IMG/VR virus record: IMGVR_UViG_3300028048_001497
Span: 96,001-160,000 of that record
Direction: 5' to 3' (one strand)
From: a virus
Lineage: Duplodnaviria; Caudoviricetes
DNA length: 64,000 nucleotides
The notes under the pieces are model-generated. The model did no database searches. It saw nothing but the letters and a program-made list of their open reading frames with translations, and had not been told where the DNA came from. Positions 8,101 to 17,917 of this stretch are shown in pieces. The position numbers were made by a program, and so were the translations under genes. Position 1 is the stretch's first letter. Each line of letters starts with the position of its first letter.

Positions 8101-11022
8101 TTAGGTTGGGCTATTAATAAATATTTGTCTGGGCCACTTTCAGAATTTCGTAAAGGATTCGCTAATGTTTTAGATAGATTAACTAAAACTGTTGGTGAAT
8201 TAATGAAAGCTATTGCAGATTTTGTAGGTAAACATGATATACCTGGTGCTATTAGTAATGTAGCTAATTTTGCAGAAGAAAATTCTGCACTTACTGCTAC
8301 TGCTGCGATTGGAGCACCATTAGCTTTAATTGGTGGTGGAGCAGTTGCTAAGAACTTTTTAACCAAATCTATGGCAAATTCTAACTCTAAAGTGGCACAA
8401 AACATATTAAAATATGGTTCAAAAGTGCCAGGAGCAGGAAAAATCGTAGCAGGTGGATTAGCATTAGCGGCTGGTGCAGCAGTACTTGGTTCAGGTGCAT
8501 TATCAGCATTAGTAGGAATGTTTAAAACAGGTGATGCTAAAGCACAAGCAACAAATCAAGGTTCAGAAGCAAATGATGGAATTGCAGAACAAGCGATTCA
8601 AAATTTAAATTCTAGTTTAGAATACAATGCTAATAGTGACGTTGCAAATTCTGAAGGTACTACACCTAGTTCTAGTTATAGTAGCGAGTATGCAAGTGAA
8701 CATGCTGGCGATGAAAACAGTTATTATTATGGTACAGGATGGTCAGAAGATTATAGTCAAATTGACTCTGCTTTAATAGATAAAAAAGGAGACTATAATG
8801 AAAGTCTAAGTAATGCAGAATTTTTAAATCAATCTATCAAAGAACGCTATGGCGATGAAATAGAGAATTATAAAATAGCAAATCCAAATGATGTTTATGT
8901 AAATGCAAATACAGGTGAAGCTGCAGAAGATTGGGAACAACGTGAAAAAAATCTTGACAAAACAACATTAATTAATAATGCAGGATTAATCGCAGGTGGA
9001 ACGATTGCAGTTCCTGGTGCAGCTGCATTGGCAGTTGCTAAAAAATATAATTTGATTAATAAAGATAGATGGGATGCATTAAATAATGTTGCAAAAAAAG
9101 GCAAATGGTGGTCAAGATTTGCCAAATTAGGTAAATTTGGCGGTCCTCTTGGAGCTGGGATTACTCTTGCAGACGAAATAATTAACGAATTTAGTGACGA
9201 AAATAGCGATAACTATAGTATGGGACAACACGTAGCAAGAGTTGCTTTTAGAGGTGGCGGTGCAATTGCAGGTGGTCTAGCAGGTGCAAAATTAGGAGCT
9301 TTAGCAGGTTCTTTGGTTGGCCCAGCTGGTACTATTGTTGGAGGATTTTTAGGTGGTACGGCAGGTGCTCTAATTGGTGGATTTGCAGGAGAAGGATTAC
9401 AAAATTCATCTGTTGGTGATGCATTAGGAATTTCAGATAAATCTGCCATTAAAACTGCCCATGATTCTTATGCTGCAAAAGTAAAACAATCAGCTAGTTT
9501 ATATGGTGATGCAACAAAGAGCATAGTTTCATCTAATGATAATAGACAAAAAGCAGCTGCGCGTGCTCTTTCTGAACATGGAATTAAATTGGAAGATTTA
9601 ACAAATGACCAAGAACAATACATTAATAATGTATATAATGATTTAAAGTCTCGTGGATTGGCAGATGAAGTTGCTGCGTTTGTTGCAGGATTAGCTGCAG
9701 GTACAGTAGCAGATAAGCAAAAAAATGATGCAGAATATGCTTTTAATAATGATGAAATATCAAAAGGCAAAGGAATGAAAAAAACGGCAGAGGTTGCAGC
9801 TAATGAGTGGATGACAGATGAACAAAAAGAACAAGGATTTGAAAGTTTAGACCCAAATGAATTATCAGGGCATGATACAACTTGGTCTTTGAAACTCGGA
9901 GGTATGTATTTAGAAGATGGTGGGAAAGATAATAATCTTTCTATAGAAGAAAAGAAACAACGCTTAAGTTTGTTAGGTCAAATTATGGGTGGAACGAATG
10001 CTGGTTCTGGTGAAGATAAAATTGCAAATGCTATTATGAATGATAGCGATTGGACAGATATAGCCGGTCATTTAGTTTCAGGTCCATTTAGAAACGGAGA
10101 TAGAGCAACAATAGCTAATATATTCCAAGATTCTAATTTAGAAAATTTTAGTGATGAAGATATTAATAAAGCATATAATATGGCTTATAATGAAGTTGCT
10201 TATGTTTCGTCTACACAAAATGAAGATGCCATAAAGAAAAATATGGAAAGCGTTGTCTCTACTACGCCTAATCCTAAAGATGTTGGAGACAAAATGCAAC
10301 TCAACAAGCCAAATCCTCCTGATAATCCAAATAAGGATAAGGATAAAGAACAACCTAAGAAAAATGAAAAACAAGGTGGAACTCTTGAAAGCAATATGGA
10401 TAATGCTATGAAAAACATAGAAAATATGCAAGGACAAATTGGTGAATTAGCAGGACTAAAAAATAGAGATTTGTTAAGAGATAAAATTGCTACAGGTCAA
10501 TTGCTTTTAGATGGTGCAACTGCTTTATCATCAAACGGCAAAATGTTATCTTTGCGTGGAGCTAGAGATTTGTTTAGAGCTTATTCTGGTGTAAGAGATA
10601 ATGATTTGTATGGTTCTAGCTTGCAAGGTGCATATGGTCCAAAAGGTGAAATTTTAGAAGGCGCTGGAGTATTTGATATTGGCAGAAAAATGGATGAAAA
10701 ACAACATGTAGCGTTTAAAAAATATACTGCTAGTTCTGAATATCGTAGAGACACAAGTGGACTAGATAGTGCTATGGAAGCCTTAAAACAATCCTATGAT
10801 AAAGTCCACGAACAAAATAGAGAAATTTATGATACAAAAAAAGAAGAACAAGCCAAAAAAGAAATGGAAAAGAATCAACAAATATATAAAAGTGCAGAAA
10901 TTAATATAATCAACAATAGAAAAGACGTTTATATTAATCAAGCAAAACCAATAGCAGAAACTTCTGAAGCTCAAAAAGTTGCTGAGGATAATGCAGCAAA
11001 GGCACAAGCAGGAGTTAGTTAA
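5152..11022 (+). CDS. Tape-measure-like protein 1 (1956 aa)
   Basis: Helical/coiled-coil N-terminus, Gly/Ala-rich hydrophobic glycine-zipper segments, position between chaperone and baseplate genes. Confidence 0.75.
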   Translation: MADNGVENSKIFDVSGVNKTNETGTSITEGATQTKINMQSDFTSIGNSINGLKDALKSVQNVSNLYSIDGALQTIQKLSQQINDLSNSNNVTLDGSSEIQHLTNIIQQIQQEEANVKNDLETAINVAIDNSDTQRANEYEQVLSKAEDAVREVTGALTQSVNKMRDAGEKSQEIIIQQAEQLKQSGHVVSTAINEVEQATSKATESTQGLAEQTKNQVADVNALIQDLEKSTGTTRQLIDSISDLSKTFVEQGENGIAQGLEELKTQLEDTQANPTLDSVSTSVSNITTSVNNTLANLSDLQATENGSNTEMLIGRQRLLEKVRDSFNDKLEQTIALLQLKNNNHIFDKNIENMQKTLSELNSKLSTSLDNNHNEFLKAIDNAKTNFLNIQKNAITSGTTEYNSISQQMAKDSLAGIKFNDLASGANDALISLEYSQGKNTPWYQYVTTGNLLGNKTTLAHNFKNTQREAVAADGSYQSLVNAVMNGTVDKDNDNAKKAELIGNLAGDTLSMSGSVRNTAQGMHLLAGGGKNLTAEDKKVFETFQKQIDNSLENLTRTINAIEDLDPKNKTLKQLREEQKALIDLKNKADKAKESSSALSNIFSDIAKGLGKLKSLLAGGLSFLGLGALLSPMQMIRGAIGQEEAEGKRRYQVAINDFSMGANLNGGRIADIARYRANEYFKMTNGMVKEDDYLNHYKTLTQTVGGHYNSDPNSNMQDIAQMTENTFAWGLTNGVDGSTIGAFYKNTYKDLGMSASEATQALVNVGQAAQAAGIPVKQYVSTVNQLSSNLINHGVSARQVMATMARLTVGRGMRIEDASGLIQSTANANENMAKDMNNSAFYGMMAGQGGNPFELILQGFKPYNKDGRPNEDYYSMMADRVFAQADLMGGIGGNGALGGVMYIQNLMSQGYSRAQASQLEDARAHGDKGLFRDLIKKFDEEKDGGKTAYTEAIGKAKEQLKAAGDQVSIFQKLETDLVEAQKKLGWAINKYLSGPLSEFRKGFANVLDRLTKTVGELMKAIADFVGKHDIPGAISNVANFAEENSALTATAAIGAPLALIGGGAVAKNFLTKSMANSNSKVAQNILKYGSKVPGAGKIVAGGLALAAGAAVLGSGALSALVGMFKTGDAKAQATNQGSEANDGIAEQAIQNLNSSLEYNANSDVANSEGTTPSSSYSSEYASEHAGDENSYYYGTGWSEDYSQIDSALIDKKGDYNESLSNAEFLNQSIKERYGDEIENYKIANPNDVYVNANTGEAAEDWEQREKNLDKTTLINNAGLIAGGTIAVPGAAALAVAKKYNLINKDRWDALNNVAKKGKWWSRFAKLGKFGGPLGAGITLADEIINEFSDENSDNYSMGQHVARVAFRGGGAIAGGLAGAKLGALAGSLVGPAGTIVGGFLGGTAGALIGGFAGEGLQNSSVGDALGISDKSAIKTAHDSYAAKVKQSASLYGDATKSIVSSNDNRQKAAARALSEHGIKLEDLTNDQEQYINNVYNDLKSRGLADEVAAFVAGLAAGTVADKQKNDAEYAFNNDEISKGKGMKKTAEVAANEWMTDEQKEQGFESLDPNELSGHDTTWSLKLGGMYLEDGGKDNNLSIEEKKQRLSLLGQIMGGTNAGSGEDKIANAIMNDSDWTDIAGHLVSGPFRNGDRATIANIFQDSNLENFSDEDINKAYNMAYNEVAYVSSTQNEDAIKKNMESVVSTTPNPKDVGDKMQLNKPNPPDNPNKDKDKEQPKKNEKQGGTLESNMDNAMKNIENMQGQIGELAGLKNRDLLRDKIATGQLLLDGATALSSNGKMLSLRGARDLFRAYSGVRDNDLYGSSLQGAYGPKGEILEGAGVFDIGRKMDEKQHVAFKKYTASSEYRRDTSGLDSAMEALKQSYDKVHEQNREIYDTKKEEQAKKEMEKNQQIYKSAEINIINNRKDVYINQAKPIAETSEAQKVAEDNAAKAQAGVS

Positions 11023-11043
11023 TAAAACAAGGGGTTATGTGAT

Positions 11044-14000
11044 ATGGATTACACCGAAAAATTACAACAAAAGACAAGCATTGACAAAAAAATAGCGGAA
11101 ATCTCTGACGGTGTAAGAATGGCACTTAACGAAAAACAAGCACTTGTAACAGAATTTCTTTCAAATGAAGATAATTTAGGCAAGAATGTCAAAAAAGAAT
11201 TTGAAGGTTTTGGAGACACTATTAATAAATTATCTACTATTTTAAATGTTTTTGCAAAATTACAACAATCTAGTCAATCAGGATTTATTGCAAACAATGT
11301 TAAAATGCAGGAAGATTTTTTATCGTCTTTAAGAACAATCCAAGATATGATTAAAAACGATGAAAATCTTAAACATACATTAATTAGTGTGCAAACTGGT
11401 GATGGTAAAAAAAGACAAGTATTTCGATTAATCAATAATTTTGGTAATATGATTGACGAGTTTCAAAACGAAACAGATATATCTAAATTACAATCATTAC
11501 CATTATTAAATAATTTTGATTTATCTACAATTGGTAGTGAAGATTTAAAACATATTTATGAAGCATATCAATCTCCGAATCAAATAGTTGATGTAAATGG
11601 TACAACAAAAACTTTATTTGATTTGGTTAATAATCAGTATGTAAATAAAATTTCAGATATTATTGAAAGAGCTACACATCAAGTAAAATACGCAAAAGAA
11701 GAAACACATAAAACATCAAATCAGATTTTACTAGAATTGGTCAATCAAGTAAAAGATGAAAAGTTTAGTGGTAAAACAGAAAAAGAACAAAAAGAAATAA
11801 TAAATCAACTGTTTCGTCTCAAATCATATGCAGATAAAGTAGTTGAAGAATATAGTCAAACTCCAATTGATACAAATCAAGGGAATTATGATAAAATTAA
11901 TCAATTTATTCGTTTGGCAAAAGATATTCAAAAAGAATTAGACGAACAACAAGAAGAAGAAGAAAATAAGAAAAAAACAGATGTAGATAAATTTAATAAT
12001 ATACAGGGGTTTATTGCCAATTTCTTTAGTACGATTTATGATGAAGAAACTAAAGGAACGGTAACTGATTTAAATGCATTGAATGAAGTATTAACACAAG
12101 GTTCATTTCGTGGTAAAATAAATAATCTTGCGGATGAAATGAATTATGCTAATACAAGTATAAATGATGATAATAAAGGAAAAAAAGAAAAATACGATGC
12201 AATTATTCAACAACAAAGAACACAGGTAGCTACAAAAACTTCTTTTGATAATAAAGCATTAACGGATATATCTTCTTATTTAAAAATTAATCCGACAGAC
12301 AATGATTTATTTGATGTAAGTAATGCACAGTTTGCTAATGTTGTTGATAATGTTCGTAGGAAAAACGTAGCTTTTAATAATTTAACAAAAGACTTTTTTG
12401 GTAATACTTCTTTAACTTTTAGAGCAAATGAAAATAGTAGTTTGCTAAAACCAATGATGGTTGGTGCTTATGATGTTACAAAAGCAAATAGAGAAATGCT
12501 TTCACAAGTAAGTACAAATCCAATTAGTTATGCTTTATTTACAAATGATGAAGATAAACAAAAATTACAAGAATTGTCTCAAACTGTCCATCAAACGGTA
12601 GATAAATTAAACAAAATATTGTTTGCTTATTCTAATTTGGAACAAAAACCGAATGAATATTATAAATTAAAAGATGAAAAAGAAGCACTCGAATTACAAT
12701 TACATCATATAGATGATTTACAACAATCTTTAAATGGGTTTGCAGATACATTAAGATATTTAAGAATATTTAAAGACAAGATGCTAGGTTTATTAGCAGG
12801 TGGTTTATCATTTCTAGGTATTGGTGCAATTTTACATCCATTACAGATGTTACACGATGTTACAGAACAGGCAAAACAAAATGGTCAAATGCGTTATAAT
12901 ATTGCTTTAACTGATACTGCATTTGGTGCAAATCCAAGTCAAAGCAATATTTATGATTTAAGCTATTACGCTCCGTCACATTATTTTATGGCTACTTATG
13001 GACAAATACCATATCAAACAGTAAGTGAAATGTATCGTGGATTTCAATCTTCTATTGGTGGACAATATGGTAACGGTCCTGAAGCTAACCGTAGAGATAT
13101 GGCATGGCTATCAAAAAATTTAGTCCCAGATAAAGTACTTTTAAATGTTGATAGTGGCAATTTACAAAGTTTTATGAAAACTTTTTATCGTGACATGAGA
13201 ATGTCTGCGCAAGATGCTACGATTAAATTAAGGTCTTTAGAAACATTTGCTCAAAATAACGGCATACCTGTAAATAATTTACTTCAAGCATTTAATTCAA
13301 GTAATGAAGCTATGCGCCAATTAGGTATGAACCAAGAAAAATATTTGGATGCTATGACTTCATTAATTGGAGTAAATAATATGCGTATGGAGGATGCAAA
13401 TGCATTAGTTCAACAAACTGCTCATAATACTGGTACATTCGCAGAAGATTGGTCCAGGAATATGTTTTGGGGATTATGGAAAAATCCTGAAAAATCATCA
13501 TTTGATGTGCTATTATCAGGATATAAATCGCATGATAGAAATGGTAAACCAATAGATTCATATTATGATAATTTAATTGATAGAATGTTCGCGGAACAAG
13601 ATTTCTTTGGTTCTCGTTTTGGTGGTATTCATACAACAATGGGACAAGTAAGTGCATTTAATAAAATCTTAGAACAAGGTTACACTATTAAACAAGCACA
13701 AGAGATTGTTCAATTAAAAGAAGAAGGTCGTAATGAGGAATTAAAAGAAAAATTAAAAGGTTGGGATAAATTAAAAAATGACCCTATGGCTTTACCACAT
13801 ACGACACAAGAATATACTGCTCAATTACATCAGGCAGGAGAACAATTAAGTGAATTTACAAAAATTCAAGCTACTTACAAACAATTTATTAATAACATTT
13901 CTTTCTTATTAGAAACTACCATGTCAAAAGAGTTGGAAATTGGATTAAAAGCATTAGAAAAAATTATTGATACATTTACTTCTGTTATGGTAGAAATAAT

Positions 14001-16935
14001 AAGACAGATTGGTGGGTTCTTTAATTCTCCATTGGGGAAAGCATATATGAACTCGTTTAAAAGTTCTCCATTTTTAACTATTGGCGGTACATTATTGGGT
14101 GCAGTTGCTTTAAGAAAAGGAGCAGGGTATCTTGTTAAGGGTGGTTTTAATGCGTTAAAAAATGTTGCTATGGGAAAACCATCAGGAATAAGTAAGGCAA
14201 AAGTTTTGGGTGGCGGTGCAGTAGCTCTATTAGGTGCAGGTGGTCTTGCATGGAATCAATATGAAGGATTGCAAGAACAAGCAAATAAATTAGGAGAAAA
14301 ACCACCACAAAACGAATTGGCAGAAATGTTTGCCAATGGTACTGCTAAAATGCAATTAATTATTAATCCTGATAAAAAAGATTATACAATTTTAAAGTAT
14401 GCAAGTTTGTTGGCTTTAGCAGGTGTTCCTATTTATTTGATTTCTCGATTGTTAAATAAAATGTCATTGAAAGGTAAAACAAAATATGCAAATGAATTAA
14501 AACTTTTAAGACATTTATCTAAAAATTCAAATAGACAATTAAAAGCATTTACAAATCCAAGAAAAACACGTAGATTTGCAAAATTAAGACAACAATTAAA
14601 AGAACATAAAAAACTAACTAGAAGAAAGTTTCAAAAATATCAAAGAGAACGTAAATTATATGTGCAACAAATAAAAAAAGCGAGAGCAATACAAAAGCAT
14701 AATCAAATAATTCGAGCAAGAATACAAGCTAAAAGAAAACTTGCTAGAGAAAAACTTGCACAACATTTGAAATGGTCAAAAAGATTTAAATATGCAAAAC
14801 GTAGTGGCTTGTTAGCAATTGGAGCTGCGTTTTTAACAAGTTTATTTGATAAAGATGTAAGAAATAGTACTATTGGTTCTATTGATGCAGGTTTAGCAGG
14901 TGCTTTTATTGGTGGTGCTTTAGGTGGTACAAAAGGAGCTATGCTTGGTGGTGCAATTGGAGCAGGTGCGTCTGAATTGTTACAGACAAATGATGAAAAA
15001 GCAAGTCAAGCATTGGCGAGTGAAATGAAACAAGAAGCAGAAATGCAGAAAGATGATAGTTTAGCAGGTCTAGTTCTTGATTCACCATCTAAAAAACAAA
15101 CAGAAACGCAACAATATAAAGCTAGTCATGCAGATGAACAATCTAAAAAACAATCAAAACAATTTAATCAATATGTTAATTACAAAAAAGCAGAAACAGA
15201 AGCATATAACAAAGAAAAAGAAATGGAAATACAACGTAAAACCATTGATGATTCATCTGAAATGATTAATGCGACAAATGATTTGTATACACAAGAAAAA
15301 CGTCAAAGTTTAGAATCTCATGGTATTCAATGGGGACAAGTTGCAACTCATGAAAAACAAATTTGGCAAACAACTTATGAAAATTTCTTAGCAGTTTATC
15401 AAGATAGAAAAATGGCATTGGAAATGGCTGCGAAAGCACTCATAGCTTGTAAGAGTATGGGTGGCGGTAGTGGAATAAATGGTGCTCCAACATCATTTGT
15501 TGAATATGGTAATAGAATGTTACAAAGTGCTCCACCAGAAATACGTCAAATGATAAAAAATGCGCATGATAAATATCCAAATGTTCCTGAGTTTGTTATT
15601 GCGGCAATTGCCGCACATGAAAGCGGATTTCAAAATGTAATGAATGGTCAAGGCTCTGGTGCAACAGGTATGATGCAAATAATGCCTGGTACAGCCGCAG
15701 GTGTTGGATATGGAGATACAGATAGATTACTTCATGACCCACAATATAATTTAATGGCAGGTACAGCATATGTAAGCACTTTAGCATCTAATTATGATTC
15801 ATGGGCAAAAACTATAGCTGCATATAGTTTAGGTGGTGGAGCGATTGATGGTTTAATTAAAAAATATGGAAATGATTGGTATAGACATTTGGAAGAAGCA
15901 GATGAAGCGTCAGGTGTACCTGGTCAAACAACAAATTATTTAAAAAGTTTGGGATTAATGGATGAAAATGGAAATTTAAAACCTGAAAATGCAAGTTCCG
16001 TATCTATATCTCCTAGTGTGTCTAGTCCTCCAGGCGCAGAATATAGTGGGGATTTAGGTGTTGATTTTTCTCATTTAAGATGGAGTGGATTCGTAGCAGA
16101 AAAAGGATGGGACCATAGTTATGATGCACATGCAAATTCTGCACAATATATTGCCATGGATATTGGTAGATTAACTCCAAAAGCGAAACAAAGATTAAAT
16201 GCATTAACACAATTATATGCAAAATATAGTAATGGTGGAACATTAGAATGGAACGTAGCTACATTAGGGCATGACCCTGGTACGGCACATACTACAGGAA
16301 GAAAAATTGATATTGCTAGTGGTGGAGTTAATGAAGAAGCACTAATTAAAGCAGGTAATGAAGCTCATGTTGGTGTAGATAGAGAAGACCCTTATCACTA
16401 TGATTTGTTATTAGAAGGTACAGGTTCAAATCATTTGGGACCAGTTATAACAGAAAGATTTTCTTGGGATGATGCAAATTCAAATGGTGATTCAGGAGCA
16501 AATCCAAAATTAAATCTTAATTTGAATCTTGAAGATATAAAACCAAAAACATTAAAAGAACAATGGGATGACAGTTGGAAAGCGTATAAAAAAGCAGTTC
16601 ATAATGGTAAAGCAAAGCATGGTGCTCTAGTTAATGGTGTTTATATTGATACATCAAAACCATATCAATCTATTGAAGCAATAGGAAAAGAAATAAGAGA
16701 AAAAAATAGAAAACAATGGGGTGGATTGGAGGATTATGTAAAAGAAAAAGATAAACAAAGTAATTTTAATGGAATAAAACAACAACAAGAAGTATTAGAC
16801 CATGAAGATATTCAAATGAAACTAACCAGAGAACAAATGGATTCAAATCAAATTGTTAATTTTGTTAAGGATGTTAAAGACGCTTTAAGTGCTTTGTATG
16901 AACCATCAGGCTTTAATGTAGCTTGTGTTGTATAA
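11044..16935 (+). CDS. Tape-measure-like protein 2 (1963 aa) with lytic transglycosylase and putative M15-like peptidase domains
   Basis: Core paralogous to protein 1. SLT motifs AIAAHESG, GMMQIMPGTA, AAYSLG. Hx6D (HTTGRKID) with a downstream HYD. Confidence 0.8.
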   Translation: MDYTEKLQQKTSIDKKIAEISDGVRMALNEKQALVTEFLSNEDNLGKNVKKEFEGFGDTINKLSTILNVFAKLQQSSQSGFIANNVKMQEDFLSSLRTIQDMIKNDENLKHTLISVQTGDGKKRQVFRLINNFGNMIDEFQNETDISKLQSLPLLNNFDLSTIGSEDLKHIYEAYQSPNQIVDVNGTTKTLFDLVNNQYVNKISDIIERATHQVKYAKEETHKTSNQILLELVNQVKDEKFSGKTEKEQKEIINQLFRLKSYADKVVEEYSQTPIDTNQGNYDKINQFIRLAKDIQKELDEQQEEEENKKKTDVDKFNNIQGFIANFFSTIYDEETKGTVTDLNALNEVLTQGSFRGKINNLADEMNYANTSINDDNKGKKEKYDAIIQQQRTQVATKTSFDNKALTDISSYLKINPTDNDLFDVSNAQFANVVDNVRRKNVAFNNLTKDFFGNTSLTFRANENSSLLKPMMVGAYDVTKANREMLSQVSTNPISYALFTNDEDKQKLQELSQTVHQTVDKLNKILFAYSNLEQKPNEYYKLKDEKEALELQLHHIDDLQQSLNGFADTLRYLRIFKDKMLGLLAGGLSFLGIGAILHPLQMLHDVTEQAKQNGQMRYNIALTDTAFGANPSQSNIYDLSYYAPSHYFMATYGQIPYQTVSEMYRGFQSSIGGQYGNGPEANRRDMAWLSKNLVPDKVLLNVDSGNLQSFMKTFYRDMRMSAQDATIKLRSLETFAQNNGIPVNNLLQAFNSSNEAMRQLGMNQEKYLDAMTSLIGVNNMRMEDANALVQQTAHNTGTFAEDWSRNMFWGLWKNPEKSSFDVLLSGYKSHDRNGKPIDSYYDNLIDRMFAEQDFFGSRFGGIHTTMGQVSAFNKILEQGYTIKQAQEIVQLKEEGRNEELKEKLKGWDKLKNDPMALPHTTQEYTAQLHQAGEQLSEFTKIQATYKQFINNISFLLETTMSKELEIGLKALEKIIDTFTSVMVEIIRQIGGFFNSPLGKAYMNSFKSSPFLTIGGTLLGAVALRKGAGYLVKGGFNALKNVAMGKPSGISKAKVLGGGAVALLGAGGLAWNQYEGLQEQANKLGEKPPQNELAEMFANGTAKMQLIINPDKKDYTILKYASLLALAGVPIYLISRLLNKMSLKGKTKYANELKLLRHLSKNSNRQLKAFTNPRKTRRFAKLRQQLKEHKKLTRRKFQKYQRERKLYVQQIKKARAIQKHNQIIRARIQAKRKLAREKLAQHLKWSKRFKYAKRSGLLAIGAAFLTSLFDKDVRNSTIGSIDAGLAGAFIGGALGGTKGAMLGGAIGAGASELLQTNDEKASQALASEMKQEAEMQKDDSLAGLVLDSPSKKQTETQQYKASHADEQSKKQSKQFNQYVNYKKAETEAYNKEKEMEIQRKTIDDSSEMINATNDLYTQEKRQSLESHGIQWGQVATHEKQIWQTTYENFLAVYQDRKMALEMAAKALIACKSMGGGSGINGAPTSFVEYGNRMLQSAPPEIRQMIKNAHDKYPNVPEFVIAAIAAHESGFQNVMNGQGSGATGMMQIMPGTAAGVGYGDTDRLLHDPQYNLMAGTAYVSTLASNYDSWAKTIAAYSLGGGAIDGLIKKYGNDWYRHLEEADEASGVPGQTTNYLKSLGLMDENGNLKPENASSVSISPSVSSPPGAEYSGDLGVDFSHLRWSGFVAEKGWDHSYDAHANSAQYIAMDIGRLTPKAKQRLNALTQLYAKYSNGGTLEWNVATLGHDPGTAHTTGRKIDIASGGVNEEALIKAGNEAHVGVDREDPYHYDLLLEGTGSNHLGPVITERFSWDDANSNGDSGANPKLNLNLNLEDIKPKTLKEQWDDSWKAYKKAVHNGKAKHGALVNGVYIDTSKPYQSIEAIGKEIREKNRKQWGGLEDYVKEKDKQSNFNGIKQQQEVLDHEDIQMKLTREQMDSNQIVNFVKDVKDALSALYEPSGFNVACVV

Positions 16936-16944
16936 AAATTTTAT

Positions 16945-17319
16945 CGTAAGATAAGACCCCCACTTCTAAGCTACGAGGTAGCCGTTAGGCTACCGAGTAA
17001 CGAAAGTGGGGGATGACTAATACTAACTCTTGACTATTTTTACAAATAGTGATACAATTAAATCAAAGGAGGTAAAACAAAATGCTAAAAGCGTACAAAT
17101 TCAAATATCTTGAATGAAGGTAAAAGGCTACTAAAAGTAGCCTAAACCATATAAAAACTGTACCGTAGGGCTTACGGAATCAGTATAAAACTAAGCCTAT
17201 GGAGATTGTGTAAGACGTAAAAATGTATGGCTACGCCATACCTCATGCGGTTTCACCGCATACGCTACGGTCTGAGAAGTAGGAATCCCCCCACCTCTTT
17301 AGGTGGGGGAGGATGTCAA
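16945..17319 (+). mobile_element. Non-autonomous IS200/IS605 mini-element copy A (tnpB deleted, omega-RNA retained)
   Basis: 375 bp, preceded by TTTAT, ends GTCAA. Terminal hairpins, internal promoter 17030-17058, tnpB remnants. Near-identical to 47544..47918. Confidence 0.9.
17082..17145 (+). pseudogene. tnpB: tnpB remnant: N-terminus MLKAYKF joined out of frame to C-terminus NILNEGKRLLKVA*
   Basis: SD AGGAGG. Both peptide fragments are typical TnpB termini. Confidence 0.8.
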
Positions 17320-17404
17320 TTGATATAATATTTCCAATAAAATTATCTATATTTTAATTAGATGATAAAAATTTTTCATAATAGGAAGGATTTGACATAA
17401 TATT

Positions 17405-17815
17405 ATGGCAACTAAAAATAAAAATGATAAATTGATTTCTGAAATGCTTGCAGATTTGATTGACCCCAGTGAGGAAACAGAAGTTGTAGAAAAGTATGGT
17501 AAGAAATGGGCTATGCGTCCGATTTCTTCACAGGAATATCTTGAAGCATTAAAGGAAAGTCAGAGTTATAATAAAGATGATTTAACTCGTATGTTCGGTA
17601 TGCAGATTAGTATTCTTAAACATGCTTTGGTTTCTGTAAACGATTTGGTTCTTACAGATGAACAAAAGACAAAGGTTCTAAATGCAATTAGTCCTGCCGT
17701 TCTTACAACATTGTATAATGAGTTTGAAGTTATTCGTCATAAGAATGATGATGAAATTTCAAAGATTGAAAATGCTTCAGCAGAAAAAACAAAAAATGAC
17801 ACAATTGATGCTTAA
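17405..17815 (+). CDS. Putative tail assembly chaperone, short (G-like) form
   Basis: KKWAMRPISSQEY...LKHALVSVN...PAVLTTLYNEF aligns with KEWEFRTLSSEEY...LQSALLSIN...PKVIDILYQEY of 4155..5132. Confidence 0.65.
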   Translation: MATKNKNDKLISEMLADLIDPSEETEVVEKYGKKWAMRPISSQEYLEALKESQSYNKDDLTRMFGMQISILKHALVSVNDLVLTDEQKTKVLNAISPAVLTTLYNEFEVIRHKNDDEISKIENASAEKTKNDTIDA

Positions 17816-17826
17816 CAATTTTTAAT

Positions 17827-17860
17827 AAAAAAGTGGTTCTACTTGAATAGAACCACTTTT
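17827..17860 (+). terminator. Intrinsic terminator
   Basis: AAAAGTGGTTCT...AGAACCACTTTT. Confidence 0.7.
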
Positions 17861-17917
17861 ATTTTGTATTTTTTTTATAGGTATTATACGAAAAATAGAA
17901 GTTGGTGAGATTAAATA

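Noticed and set aside
17780-17917. Programmed frameshift extending the short chaperone
   Set aside because: A-runs are present, but a terminator follows and there is no room for a downstream T-domain ORF before 17918.
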